Assembly (NCBI GenBank): GCA_965216755.1
Contig: CBDCGL010000011.1
Location: forward strand, 608,001 to 672,000
Origin: Alphaproteobacteria bacterium
GTDB lineage: Bacteria; Pseudomonadota; Alphaproteobacteria; UBA7887
Reading direction: 5' to 3'
DNA: 64,000 nucleotides
The position numbers were made by a program, and so were the translations under genes. Position 1 is the first letter of the stretch, and the number at the start of each line of letters is the position of its first letter. The notes beneath the pieces are model-generated. The model saw only the letters and a program-made list of their open reading frames with translations, was not told the origin of the DNA and made no database searches. Below, piece by piece: positions 1 to 9,861 of the stretch.

Positions 1-1
1 T

Positions 2-343
2 CGGATCCGTGAAGCCAATACGCTGCAAGCCTTTGATGACGGATTTACTGCACCGCGCCACGGCTTTCGCGATGCAGAGCACTATTACGACCAATGCTCG
101 GCCGTCCGCTTTTTGCCAGCGGTTCGTGTTCCCACATTAATCGTACACGCGCGCAATGATCCGTGGATACCGGCGCGGCCTTATGAGGCGTTCAATTGGC
201 GCGCAAATCGCGCCTTGACACCGCTCTTGTCCGCAGGCGGCGGCCATGTCGGCTTTCATGATGGTGGCGCTCAGGCTTCCTGGCACGACCGCTGCGTCGC
301 CGTGTTCGTCGAACGTCAATCAGTTGAAACGTCAATCGGTTGA
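2..343 (+). CDS. YheT-like alpha/beta hydrolase, C-terminal part (truncated by window start)
   Basis: Frame is open from base 2: ...QAFDDGFTAPRHGFRDAEHYY...PTLIVHARNDPWIP...GGHVGF, containing the typical YheT catalytic Asp and His motifs. Confidence 0.85.
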   Translation, partial: RIREANTLQAFDDGFTAPRHGFRDAEHYYDQCSAVRFLPAVRVPTLIVHARNDPWIPARPYEAFNWRANRALTPLLSAGGGHVGFHDGGAQASWHDRCVAVFVERQSVETSIG

Positions 344-439
344 ATCGAAGGCCGCATTCGTGTGTCCGGTATGGTACCCGTACGGGGCTGTCGACCCTAT
401 TATCTTGATGAGACACTCGCCAAAGGAAGGACCGGTGCT

Positions 440-1378
440 ATGGAAGCGTTTGCGCCCAGCGCTCTACTGATCTTTGTCATCGCAGTCGTCATATTGTCCG
501 CGGTGACTATTTATGCCGGGGTCAAAACCGTGCCCCAAGCCAATGAGTGGACTGTTGAACGTTTTGGGCGCTACACGCGCAGCTTGCGGCCAGGTTTGAA
601 TTTCATCGTTCCGTACATGGATCGCATCAGTTACAGGCTGTCCATGAAGGAAACTGTCTTGGATATCCCAGCGCAGGACGTGATCACCTTTGACAACGCC
701 ACCGTGACGGCTGATGGCGTTGTGTTCTTCCAGATTGTCGATTCGGCCAAGGCGGCATACGAGGTCGCAGATCTGGAACGGGCGATTACCAATTTGGCAC
801 TCACCAACATCCGAACGGTGATCGGTTCCATGGCACTCGACGACGTGCTTTCCAAGCGCGACGACATCAACGACCGGTTGCTGGTTGTGGTCGACCAGGC
901 CACCAACCCCTGGGGGGTCAAAGTAACGCGCATTGAAATCAAGGATCTGGCACCGCCTGCCGATTTGGTTGCGGCCATGGGACAACAAATGAAAGCCGAG
1001 CGCGAGAAGCGCGCAGAGGTGCTGGCGGCCGAAGGCGAAAAGCAAGCGGCGATCTTGCGCGCGGAGGGTCAAAAACAAAGCGCGATTTTGGAGGCGGAAG
1101 GTCGGCGCGAGGCCGCGTTCCGAGATGCCGAGGCGCGCGAACGCGAGGCGAAAGCCGAGGCGGACGCGACGACATCGGTTTCGGATGCGATCGCCAAGGG
1201 TGATGTGCAGGCGATTAACTATTTTGTCGCCCAACGCTATACCCAAGCTTTGGAACATGTCGCCGCCGCACCCAACCAGCGGGTTGTCTTGATGCCACTT
1301 GAAGCGACTAAGATCCTCGGCAGCCTGGGCGGTATCGCCGAGTTGGCACGGGCCTCGTTCGACGGCAAGACTGGATAA
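440..1378 (+). CDS. qmcA: SPFH/band-7 stomatin-like protein (QmcA/YbbK type)
   Basis: N-terminal TM helix, VERFGRY..L.PGL.F..P, QDVIT.DNA, WGVKVTRIEIKD, AEREKRA coiled coil; ATG at 440 after AAGGAAGGA. Confidence 0.92.
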   Translation: MEAFAPSALLIFVIAVVILSAVTIYAGVKTVPQANEWTVERFGRYTRSLRPGLNFIVPYMDRISYRLSMKETVLDIPAQDVITFDNATVTADGVVFFQIVDSAKAAYEVADLERAITNLALTNIRTVIGSMALDDVLSKRDDINDRLLVVVDQATNPWGVKVTRIEIKDLAPPADLVAAMGQQMKAEREKRAEVLAAEGEKQAAILRAEGQKQSAILEAEGRREAAFRDAEAREREAKAEADATTSVSDAIAKGDVQAINYFVAQRYTQALEHVAAAPNQRVVLMPLEATKILGSLGGIAELARASFDGKTG

Positions 1379-1383
1379 CAGCC

Positions 1384-1860
1384 ATGGATGAATTCATTGC
1401 CTGGCTTTGGCAAGTTTCTTACTGGCACTGGTGGGCGCTGGGCATATTTCTGCTCGCCATCGAGGTTTTTGTGCCCTCAACATTTCTGATTTGGCCGGGG
1501 ATGTCGGCGGGTGTTGTCGGCGTGATTGTGGCGTTCGTCCCCGATCTCGATTGGCGCATGCAAGTTCTGACGTTCGCCGTGTTGGCAATGGCGTCAACTG
1601 TGGCGTGGCTGACCTGGCTACGGCGCCATCCAACCCAGACCGATGATCCGACGCTCAATGTGCGGGCACAGCGCTATGTCGGTCGGCGTGTCACCCTGGC
1701 GGAGACATTGGTCAACGGTCGTGGCCGGATAAAATTGGACGATACATGGTGGCTCGTGGAAAGCGACGACAGCGGGTCGATTGAGGAGGGCGTGACAATC
1801 GAAATCACAGGTGCCGACAGCACGACCTTGAAGATCCAAGCCGTTGGACCGCAGGATTAG
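1384..1860 (+). CDS. NfeD-like (YbbJ) membrane partner of the SPFH protein
   Basis: WxxLGxxLLxxE N-terminus, LN.R...YVGR, GRGRIKLDDTWW OB-fold segment; 5 bp downstream of the SPFH gene. Confidence 0.9.
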   Translation: MDEFIAWLWQVSYWHWWALGIFLLAIEVFVPSTFLIWPGMSAGVVGVIVAFVPDLDWRMQVLTFAVLAMASTVAWLTWLRRHPTQTDDPTLNVRAQRYVGRRVTLAETLVNGRGRIKLDDTWWLVESDDSGSIEEGVTIEITGADSTTLKIQAVGPQD

Positions 1861-1889
1861 CGGCGGACGACTGTGATCCGCGCGACGAG

Positions 1890-2885
1890 ATGACCACCGA
1901 CGAACCGATCTTCGGCCTGTTGGAGGTGCGCGCCCTGCGCCGCGCGGGCACGTTGTCGGCTTCGCAATTCGCGCGTGCCGCACACACGGTCCGCGATCAC
2001 GGTCATTGGCGTCAATGGGCATCGTGGGCGTTGTTGGCACTGGGTGCCGGGCACGTGTTGGTCGGCATTGTGTTCTTTTTCGCTTACAATTGGGCGGACA
2101 TGCCCGCGATCGCCAAGTTTGTGGTGATCGAGGTCGGCATCGTCCTGGCCGCGGTGGCGGCCCTGTGGTGCGGCATCGTGCGTCCCGCCGGTCGCGCCCT
2201 GCTGATCGCCGCGTCGGTGCTGACAGGCGTGTTGTTGGCGGTGATCGGCCAAGTCTATCAAACCGGCGCCGATGCCTATGAGCTGTTTGTTGCTTGGATG
2301 GTGCTGATCGTGCCCTGGGCGTTGGCGTCGCGCGATGCCGGTCATTGGCTGTTGTGGCTGATCGTTGTCGATGCGGCGGCAAGTCTTTATGCGGCCCAAG
2401 TCCTGGTGCCCTTGGGCCTTTTCACTGCGACCAGAAGCGCCCTGGTGGTTACGGCCATACCGATTGTAGCTCTGGCCATTCGCGAGGGTTTGGTTACGCG
2501 TGGTTTCGCCTGGCCGGCGGCCGTTTGGACCCGGCATCTCCTTCTGTTCATCGCCTTGGTGCAGCTTTTTGTGATGGCTGTCGGGTTTGTGTTCAATCTA
2601 AACAACGATCCGCTGACGGTCATCTTGTTTGGGGCCGCATTGGCGATCGCTGCCGCGGTTTATGTATTCCTGCGCCCGGATCCCTTGGGCGCGGCGCAGG
2701 CCATCGGCTTTGTTGGGTTTTTTCTCATGGCTGTCGGTGCGCGCGCGATCTCGCAGCTGATCGGCTTCGACTTTGACCAGATCCCCCACGCGGTCGGCGG
2801 TCTTGGTTTGCTGACGGCCTGGTGTATCGCCGTGACCGTTGTCATGGCAAAGTTGCTCCTGCCGAAGCGGGCATCTGCCCGATGA
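1890..2885 (+). CDS. DUF2157-family multi-pass membrane protein
   Basis: GIVFFFAYNW and LAVIGQVYQTGADAYELF..W motifs; many TM helices. Confidence 0.85.
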   Translation: MTTDEPIFGLLEVRALRRAGTLSASQFARAAHTVRDHGHWRQWASWALLALGAGHVLVGIVFFFAYNWADMPAIAKFVVIEVGIVLAAVAALWCGIVRPAGRALLIAASVLTGVLLAVIGQVYQTGADAYELFVAWMVLIVPWALASRDAGHWLLWLIVVDAAASLYAAQVLVPLGLFTATRSALVVTAIPIVALAIREGLVTRGFAWPAAVWTRHLLLFIALVQLFVMAVGFVFNLNNDPLTVILFGAALAIAAAVYVFLRPDPLGAAQAIGFVGFFLMAVGARAISQLIGFDFDQIPHAVGGLGLLTAWCIAVTVVMAKLLLPKRASAR

Positions 2886-3922
2886 TGGCCATGACTGAAT
2901 TCTGCGCAGAGTTCGGGCTCGAACCCGCAGATGTCCGGCGGGCTCTTGACGCAGAGAGGGCATCATCGCGACACGACGCGGCCTGGTACGTTACGGCGTT
3001 GCTGGCAGTTGCCGCTTGGGTAACCGCCTTGGTCATGATCGGTTTCGCTTTCGCTTTGCTCTATTTCGTTATTGGCATCGAAGAACCGTCGGCGTCTTTT
3101 GCTTTATTTGGTGCGGTGCTTTTCCTGGCCGGCGACTCTTTGCTTGGCAGCAAAGAAAAGGGTGTATTTCGCGCGCAGTTGGGCACGGTGTTGTCGTCGG
3201 CCGGCCTGATCATGGTCGTCACCGGCGTCACTGTTGAAACGGAATCGATATGGTCCGGTGTTCTGGCCGCAGGTGTGTTGGCATCGGTCGTCGCATGGCG
3301 TGGACGGAGCCGAATATTACAGTTTGTGGCGTCAGCGACGGCGGTTGTCACGGTGGCACTCGCGCTTCTGGATGAATCACGTGATTTCATTGTGATTGCG
3401 GCAGCTTGTCTGACGGCTATAGGTGCGGTGATGCTGTTGCGGCCGCCGCGTCGGGATCTTGAACCGACCGCAATGGTGCTACTGTTTTGTGCGCCGGTGT
3501 TCTCAATATTTGGTTCGAACGCAATCGGATTCTATGCACAGGCAACAGAGTGGGTTTGGGTCGGCAAAGTCATGCTTATGGGCCTGTTCGTATACCTGGC
3601 CGCGACATTGTGGCGCCAGCATACGAGTGCGGTAATACGGCGGAATCTAGCGGTTGTCGCGGCCGTGGCTCTTTTTGCAGCGTTGTTGCTGCCTGTCGGT
3701 GGTGTGGCCGCTTTGGTGATAATGATGCTGGCCTACATCCTTGGCGCGCGCGTTTTGGCCGCGGCGGGCGTATTATGGGAGATCTTCTTCATCTCCCAAT
3801 TTTACTACGATCTGATCACAACATTGCTTAACAAATCATTGATCATGATAGCCGTCGGCGTGGCTACCATCGCGGCATGGGCATTTGTCTCTCGTCGTGT
3901 TGGCGCGCAAGAGGCGTCATGA
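2882..3922 (+). CDS. DUF4401-family multi-pass membrane protein
   Basis: C-terminal ISQFYYDL..TLL.KS motif, N-terminal AWYV motif; ATGA overlap with the upstream gene. Confidence 0.8.
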   Translation: MMAMTEFCAEFGLEPADVRRALDAERASSRHDAAWYVTALLAVAAWVTALVMIGFAFALLYFVIGIEEPSASFALFGAVLFLAGDSLLGSKEKGVFRAQLGTVLSSAGLIMVVTGVTVETESIWSGVLAAGVLASVVAWRGRSRILQFVASATAVVTVALALLDESRDFIVIAAACLTAIGAVMLLRPPRRDLEPTAMVLLFCAPVFSIFGSNAIGFYAQATEWVWVGKVMLMGLFVYLAATLWRQHTSAVIRRNLAVVAAVALFAALLLPVGGVAALVIMMLAYILGARVLAAAGVLWEIFFISQFYYDLITTLLNKSLIMIAVGVATIAAWAFVSRRVGAQEAS

Positions 3923-4422
3923 AAAAGGTTCGAATCGCATCGGTCCTGTTGGGTCTCGGATTGGTCCTTGGCGTGGCCAACATGAACATTTTGGCGAAAC
4001 AACGAACAATCAATAATGGACGGCCGGTTCTGCTGCCATTGGCGCCTGTCGACCCGCGTTCTTTGATTCAGGGGGACTATATGCGACTCCGCTATGAGAA
4101 CGAGGTGTTTCCGGATAAGGAAATGGCCAAGGATCTGCCACCGAAAGGCGCAATTATACTCGTGGTTGACGAACACAATGTGGGCCGTTTCGCGCGTCTC
4201 GACGACGGTGGTGGTTTGTCGGACCAAGAAGTTCGTGTGCGTTATCGCCTGCGCGATGCGGCAGGTCGCATGAGGCTCGGCGCCGAATCTTTCTTTTTTC
4301 AAGAGGGCGATGCTACGCTGTACCAAGACGCCGAATATGGTGTGTTGCACGTAGGCGCCCAGGGCGCGACCGTCCTGGTCGGGCTGGCGGACGCAGATCA
4401 TAGACTGATCGAACGGCCATAG
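3919..4422 (+). CDS. GDYXXLXY-domain membrane-anchored protein
   Basis: LAPVDPRSLIQGDYMRLRY signature, ESFFFQEG; ATGA overlap with the upstream gene. Confidence 0.92.
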   Translation: MKKVRIASVLLGLGLVLGVANMNILAKQRTINNGRPVLLPLAPVDPRSLIQGDYMRLRYENEVFPDKEMAKDLPPKGAIILVVDEHNVGRFARLDDGGGLSDQEVRVRYRLRDAAGRMRLGAESFFFQEGDATLYQDAEYGVLHVGAQGATVLVGLADADHRLIERP

Positions 4423-4447
4423 GTACGGCGCGGCCCGATGCGTGGCG

Positions 4448-5794
4448 CTACAACCATTCGTCTTTGATCGTGAAACCAGTATAGGCGGCCCGCAAATAGG
4501 TCTTGCGCAATGCTGGCGCTGGAAAGCGCGGCATCGGACCGCGTAGCACGGCTGGTATCCGTTCATCGGCGCGTTGCCCATTCGCTATCAGGTCGGCAAG
4601 GGCGTCGCCACACCAACTGGCCATCGCAACCCCGCTGCCGTGATACGCGAGGGACGTCCAGGCATTCGGCATGTCGCCGATCGGGCCAACATATGGCACC
4701 AGTTTGTAAGCAAGGCAGACAAAGCCAAACCAGAAACGTTCGGTTTCGACCAGCCGCCACGCAGGAAACATCGCCTCAAACGCGCGACGCAGTTTCCGGC
4801 GCATGCGCTGTACGGCGTGCGGCGCCGCATCGATCCCGCCGCGACCGCCAAACAAAAACCGGCCATCCGGCAAAAGACGAAAGTAATGAAGCAGGTTGCG
4901 CGTATCGCGCGCCATGATGTGGGTGGTCCAGCCCTGGGTCTCGCGTTCGACATTCGTGAGTGGACGGGTGACCAAGATATTGGACATGGTTGGCAATGTG
5001 CGACCGCCATGCCACGGCGGCAAATTCTCGGACCCGTAGCCATTCGTCGCCACAACCACCCGACGCGCTCGGATCTCGCCATGTGGCAATGTCAAGGTGT
5101 GCCGGTCACCGTCGCAACGCCAGATTTGGACAGGGCTGCCGCCGTGAATGCGTGCGCCTGCGTCGGCGGCGACGTCTGCCAATCCGCGCGCATAAGTCAG
5201 CGGTTGGACGCCAAAACCAATGGGCACATGGACGCCGGCGTGGAACTCCGGCCCGGCCACCCCAATCGACGCCAGATCGGCCCGGTTGAAGGTCGGCGAG
5301 TCGACGCCGAGAACATCGCGCACGGCGGCCGCCTCCGCATGCAACGCCGGGATCCGATTGAGACGATGCGCGAGCGTCAATTCACCTACGCCACAAACAT
5401 CCGCGTCCACGCTGTTTTTGGCGAGAAAAGAACGGACATGTTCCACAGCCGCCTGTTCGGTGCGCAAGAAATGGGCCGCGTTTTCGGTGCCATAACGCCG
5501 CGCGAGGGTGTCATGAGGTAACTTCGTGGAGCCCAAACAGCAGAAACCGCCGTTGCGTCCTGACGCGCCCCAACCCGGCGCGCCGCTATCGACCACGCGT
5601 ACGTCCATACCGTGCCGCCTAACGAGTGCCAACGCTGCCGACAGCCCCGTGAATCCGGCTCCAATAATGGCAATATCGCACGAGACCGAGTTCTGAAGCG
5701 GGGGGAAATCATGGCGCGATGGCGTCGCGGTGGCCAACCAATGACTGTCGACCGCCACCGACGTGTCAAACGCGCTGTTGTGATAGAGCCGCAT
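4448..5794 (-). CDS. FAD-dependent amine oxidoreductase (DAO family, PuuB/OrdL-like)
   Basis: DIAIIGAGFTGLSAA, GASGRNGGF, VVVATNGY, YHGSGVAM motifs; ATG at 5794 preferred over the longer ORF start. Confidence 0.88.
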   Translation of the reverse strand: MRLYHNSAFDTSVAVDSHWLATATPSRHDFPPLQNSVSCDIAIIGAGFTGLSAALALVRRHGMDVRVVDSGAPGWGASGRNGGFCCLGSTKLPHDTLARRYGTENAAHFLRTEQAAVEHVRSFLAKNSVDADVCGVGELTLAHRLNRIPALHAEAAAVRDVLGVDSPTFNRADLASIGVAGPEFHAGVHVPIGFGVQPLTYARGLADVAADAGARIHGGSPVQIWRCDGDRHTLTLPHGEIRARRVVVATNGYGSENLPPWHGGRTLPTMSNILVTRPLTNVERETQGWTTHIMARDTRNLLHYFRLLPDGRFLFGGRGGIDAAPHAVQRMRRKLRRAFEAMFPAWRLVETERFWFGFVCLAYKLVPYVGPIGDMPNAWTSLAYHGSGVAMASWCGDALADLIANGQRADERIPAVLRGPMPRFPAPALRKTYLRAAYTGFTIKDEWL

Positions 5795-5977
5795 GTTCGA
5801 ACTTCCCCGACCCAGTGCGCAAGCCGACGCTTGATTGCCAGCCGCCGTTTGGCACGCGTCACAATTCTTACTGAAAATATCCAACCGTTTGAATAAAATA
5901 ACCAAATAAGACGCGTCTGTGGAACGGCGCCACCGGTCAAGACGGCGCGTGTATCACAAGCCGGAGGGAGGATCAGA

Positions 5978-7039
5978 ATGGGCAAGTTCGTGTGTGGCAA
6001 AGCCGCCATGGCGGTTGTCGCGGTGGGAATTGTCGTAGGGTTGAGCGGCGGCGGGCGTGCCGCCGACAAAATCGTTATCTCAAACTGGGACGGCTACATG
6101 CCGGCCGACATGCTGGAAACTTTCACGGCGGAAACGGGGATTGAAGCGGAACTCTCAGTTCACGGCACCAATGAGGAGATCATGGGCAAGGTGGTCGCCG
6201 GGGGCGGTGTCGGCTATGACGTACTCTTTGTGTCGTCTCCGTTTGCCGAAGCGCTCAACGCATTGGGCCTGGTCGCGGAAATCGACCACAATCAAGTCCC
6301 AAATATGACCAACTTGTACCCAGAGGCCATGGCGCTGGAGTACGATCCCGGCAACACATTCTCGGTCCCCTATGCTTGGGGCACGACGGGCTTGTGCTAT
6401 CGCAGCGATATGGTTTCCGGAACGCCCGCCAGTTGGAACGACCTTTTGCAGCCGTCAGAGGATCTGAGTGGTAAGATCACCATGCTGTCCACCGACCGCT
6501 GGCTGCTGGGCGCGGCGTTTCTGTCGCTGGGTTACTCCGTTAATACAACCGACGACGATGAAATCGCGGCTGCGAGGGATTTGTTGATTTCAGCCAAGCA
6601 AGAGCTCTTGTCTTATGACGACACGACTTTCTACGCGAAGCTCGTTTCGGGCGAGGCATCGTTGGTGCATGCGTGGGACGGCTGGTGCAACTACGGCATC
6701 GCCGAAAACGCAGACATCAAATACGTGATCCCTTCTGAGGGCACGGACTTGTGGGTCGATACTATGGTTGTCGCGGCGGCGTCTGAAAACAAGGAGGCCG
6801 CACACGCGTTCATAGATTTCGTCTTGCGCGCGGACAATGGGGCGTGGGTACCATCCAACATCCTTTACAAAGTACCCAACAAAGCGGCCATGAATGCGTT
6901 GGACCCGGCTCTGGTTGAGCAATATCCAAACCTCGGCATGACGCCGGACGAGTTGATGACTCAAGAGCAACTACGCGACGTCGGCGCGACCCAAAAAGCC
7001 TATACCAAAACTGTTACCGAAGTTTTGGCATCGAACTGA
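5978..7039 (+). CDS. potD: Polyamine-type ABC transporter substrate-binding protein (PotD/PotF family)
   Basis: Signal peptide, ISNWDGY, SVPYAWGTTG, IPSEGTDLWVD; RBS GGAGGGAGG. Confidence 0.9.
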   Translation: MGKFVCGKAAMAVVAVGIVVGLSGGGRAADKIVISNWDGYMPADMLETFTAETGIEAELSVHGTNEEIMGKVVAGGGVGYDVLFVSSPFAEALNALGLVAEIDHNQVPNMTNLYPEAMALEYDPGNTFSVPYAWGTTGLCYRSDMVSGTPASWNDLLQPSEDLSGKITMLSTDRWLLGAAFLSLGYSVNTTDDDEIAAARDLLISAKQELLSYDDTTFYAKLVSGEASLVHAWDGWCNYGIAENADIKYVIPSEGTDLWVDTMVVAAASENKEAAHAFIDFVLRADNGAWVPSNILYKVPNKAAMNALDPALVEQYPNLGMTPDELMTQEQLRDVGATQKAYTKTVTEVLASN

Positions 7040-7105
7040 GACGGCGCCGCGCGCGTGTGGTAACGGCTCGTTGATGGAAAGGCGCATCAGATAACGCGGG
7101 CGAAT

Positions 7106-7954
7106 TTGCGTGATCTGGTCTTGTTGGGACCGGGGCTGGGATGGCTGGCCCTGTTCCTGATCGTGCCATGCGGCATAGTCTTCTTTTATGCTTTCTTTGA
7201 ACGCGGCGTTTATGGCGGTATCGACTACGTTTTTACGTTTGGTAATTTTGTCCGGGCGGTCGATCCGATCTACTTGTCGATATTATTGAGTTCAGCAAGA
7301 ATTGCTGGGATAGCGACGTTGGTCGCCTTACTGATCGGTTATCCAACAGCGTACGCGATTTCCAGGGCGCCGGAAGGACGTCAAACTGGCTATTTGGTGC
7401 TGGTCATGCTCCCGTTTTGGAGCAACTATCTCATACGAACCTATGCCTGGATTGTGCTTCTCAATCGTGAAGGGCTGGTCAATCGTGGCTTGGCCGGTCT
7501 GGGTATTGTCGATGAGCCACTGCCGTTACTTTACAATGAGTTCGCCGTTGTGACGGGGCTTGTCTACAATTATCTGCCCTTTGTTGTGTTGGCTATCTAT
7601 GCGTCGATTTCGCGGCTAAATCGAGAGGTACTGGAAGCATCCGAAGATCTCGGGGCGCCTTCATTCATGACCTTTTGTCGCGTTATGTTGCCGTTGACCC
7701 TGCCGGGCGTGGCTGCCGGCGCCGTGTTTGTGTTCGTCTTGTCAATCGGCAACTTCATTACGCCGGATTTACTGGGCGGCGGTCGGCTGCAGATGGTCGG
7801 CAACCTAATCTACGACCAATTTCTTACTGCGCGCGATTGGCCGTTTGGTGCCACGCTCAGTTTCATTCTGATCGGTATCATGATGATGTTACTTTTTGCG
7901 CAGGCCGTATTGGTACGCCGCGCGCAGGGCGATCGGGCCCCGGCCGATGCGTGA
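7106..7954 (+). CDS. potB: Polyamine-type ABC permease (PotB family)
   Basis: LPFWSNYLIRTYAW, EASEDLGA (EAA loop), TPDLLGG; TTG start. Confidence 0.9.
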   Translation: MRDLVLLGPGLGWLALFLIVPCGIVFFYAFFERGVYGGIDYVFTFGNFVRAVDPIYLSILLSSARIAGIATLVALLIGYPTAYAISRAPEGRQTGYLVLVMLPFWSNYLIRTYAWIVLLNREGLVNRGLAGLGIVDEPLPLLYNEFAVVTGLVYNYLPFVVLAIYASISRLNREVLEASEDLGAPSFMTFCRVMLPLTLPGVAAGAVFVFVLSIGNFITPDLLGGGRLQMVGNLIYDQFLTARDWPFGATLSFILIGIMMMLLFAQAVLVRRAQGDRAPADA

Positions 7955-8735
7955 TGCCATGGTATTGCGGCTGTGGTTAGGCGCGCATATGGGCCTTGTC
8001 TACGCGTTTCTCTACATTCCAATTGGCGTTTTAATGGTACTGAGTTTCAACGAGTCCGGACTGCCGACCGCTTGGACCGGGTTCTCGTTTCATTGGTATG
8101 TGGCGCTGACTGAAAATACCGCTGTTCTCAAGGCCACGCTTAATACGGTAATCGTTGCCACCGCGTCGACAATCTTGTCGACTGCGTTGGGCACTTTGTT
8201 GGCGATTGGTGTGGAAATCCGTCGACGCGGGTCGGGATTGGAGGCGGTTCTTTTCGCGCCGATGATCATTCCTGATATCGTGTTGGCTATCGCCCTGTTA
8301 TCCTTTTACACATTGTTGAATGTGACGTTGGGACTGCATTCGATCATTCTAAGTCATGTCGTGTTCAACATTGCATTTGTCTGCGCGGTCGTGCGAACGC
8401 GACTGCGACATTTTGATTGGTCGATTGTTGAGGCATCCATCGATCTTGGCGCCAGCGAATTCCGAACGTTTTTCCGCGTCACTCTACCGATGATTTTTCC
8501 CGGTGTACTTGCCGGGGCCTTGCTGGCTTTCACATTGTCTGTCGACGAATTTATTATCGCGTTTTTTACTGCCGGTGCCGGCCAGGATTCCACGACCTTG
8601 CCAATGCAGATTTATGCAATGATTCGATTTGGTGTGACTCCAGAGATTAATGCCATGGCGACGATCGTCATGGCGGTAAGTTTCACTTTGGTGCTGATGG
8701 CTCAAAGTCTGCATCGGGACACGTTGAGCGGATGA
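7947..8735 (+). CDS. potC: Polyamine-type ABC permease (PotC family)
   Basis: FLYIPI..L..LSFN, EASIDLGA, FTLSVDEF, TLPMQIY, GVTPEINA. Confidence 0.9.
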   Translation: MRDAMVLRLWLGAHMGLVYAFLYIPIGVLMVLSFNESGLPTAWTGFSFHWYVALTENTAVLKATLNTVIVATASTILSTALGTLLAIGVEIRRRGSGLEAVLFAPMIIPDIVLAIALLSFYTLLNVTLGLHSIILSHVVFNIAFVCAVVRTRLRHFDWSIVEASIDLGASEFRTFFRVTLPMIFPGVLAGALLAFTLSVDEFIIAFFTAGAGQDSTTLPMQIYAMIRFGVTPEINAMATIVMAVSFTLVLMAQSLHRDTLSG

Positions 8736-9808
8736 CCGCCAAGGCGATCATCACCGTGCACAATGTCACGAAGTGCTTTGGCTCCGTGACGGCCGTCGAG
8801 TCGGTGAATTTGGATGTGCGTGAGAATGAGTTTTTCGCGTTGCTGGGACCCAGTGGTTGCGGCAAGACCACTTTGTTGCGCGTCATCGCTGGGTTTGAAA
8901 GGCCGGATACCGGACGCATTTTGTTGGACGATTGGGATGTCACAGCGGTGCGCCCGAACAAGCGACCGATAAACTTGATGTTCCAGTCCTATGCACTGTT
9001 TCCACATATGTCCGTCGAGAGGAACATCGCCTATGGCCTGGAGATGGAGGGCAAGGCCAAGGGCGAAATCGCGGCGCGCGTGGCGGCAATGATGGACATG
9101 ACGAAATTGGCGGCGCTGGCGGGACGCAAGCCGGATCAGCTGTCGGGCGGCCAACGGCAACGCGTTGCCCTGGCGCGCGCGTTGGTCAAAAGGCCTCGGG
9201 TGCTGCTGCTCGATGAGCCGCTCGGCGCACTCGACAAGAAGTTGCGTGAAGAAATGGAACTTGAACTCAAGCGCATGCAGGATGAGATCGGGATTACATT
9301 CATTGTTGTGACGCACGACCAGGATGAAGCGTTGGTCATGGCGGATCGAATCGCGGTGATGCATGATGGTCGCGTTGTTCAAGTCGGTACGCCGCATGAT
9401 CTTTACGAGGCGCCGACAACACGGTTCGTCGCATCATTTATCGGACGCATGAATTTCTTTGACGGCACATTGGCGGACGAGGGCGTGCTTGTTGACGGGC
9501 ATGGTGTCTTGCGCGGGCATGTCGGTGCCAAGGCGAAGCGCGGCGGGCGCGCGACCTTGGCGGTACGCCCGGAACGTGTCGCCGTCGGCCGTGATCGGGG
9601 TGACATGGCGCACAATGCAGTGGCCGGAACAATTGCAGACGTTGCCTATCACGGTCAGGATATCGTGGTGCACGCAGCCGTGGACGGAACGGAGACCGTG
9701 TTGATGGCGCGGCTGCCGGTGCGTGGATTGGCGGACGAACCTTGGCACACAGGTGATCGTATTTGGTGTCTTTGGGACCCCGCCGATTCTCGCGTGCTGA
9801 CTGATTGA
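8732..9808 (+). CDS. potA: Polyamine-type ABC ATP-binding protein (PotA family, TOBE domain)
   Basis: GPSGCGKTT, LSGGQRQR, LLLDEP, VTHDQ. Confidence 0.93.
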   Translation: MTAKAIITVHNVTKCFGSVTAVESVNLDVRENEFFALLGPSGCGKTTLLRVIAGFERPDTGRILLDDWDVTAVRPNKRPINLMFQSYALFPHMSVERNIAYGLEMEGKAKGEIAARVAAMMDMTKLAALAGRKPDQLSGGQRQRVALARALVKRPRVLLLDEPLGALDKKLREEMELELKRMQDEIGITFIVVTHDQDEALVMADRIAVMHDGRVVQVGTPHDLYEAPTTRFVASFIGRMNFFDGTLADEGVLVDGHGVLRGHVGAKAKRGGRATLAVRPERVAVGRDRGDMAHNAVAGTIADVAYHGQDIVVHAAVDGTETVLMARLPVRGLADEPWHTGDRIWCLWDPADSRVLTD

Positions 9809-9861
9809 TCAAGGCTGCGGGGAAACGCCAGAATAGAATTCCGAGATGGGGATAGGGTGGA

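Noticed and set aside
5849-5866. TTGGCACG upstream of potD as a sigma-54 promoter
   Set aside because: No TTGC -12 element at the required spacing
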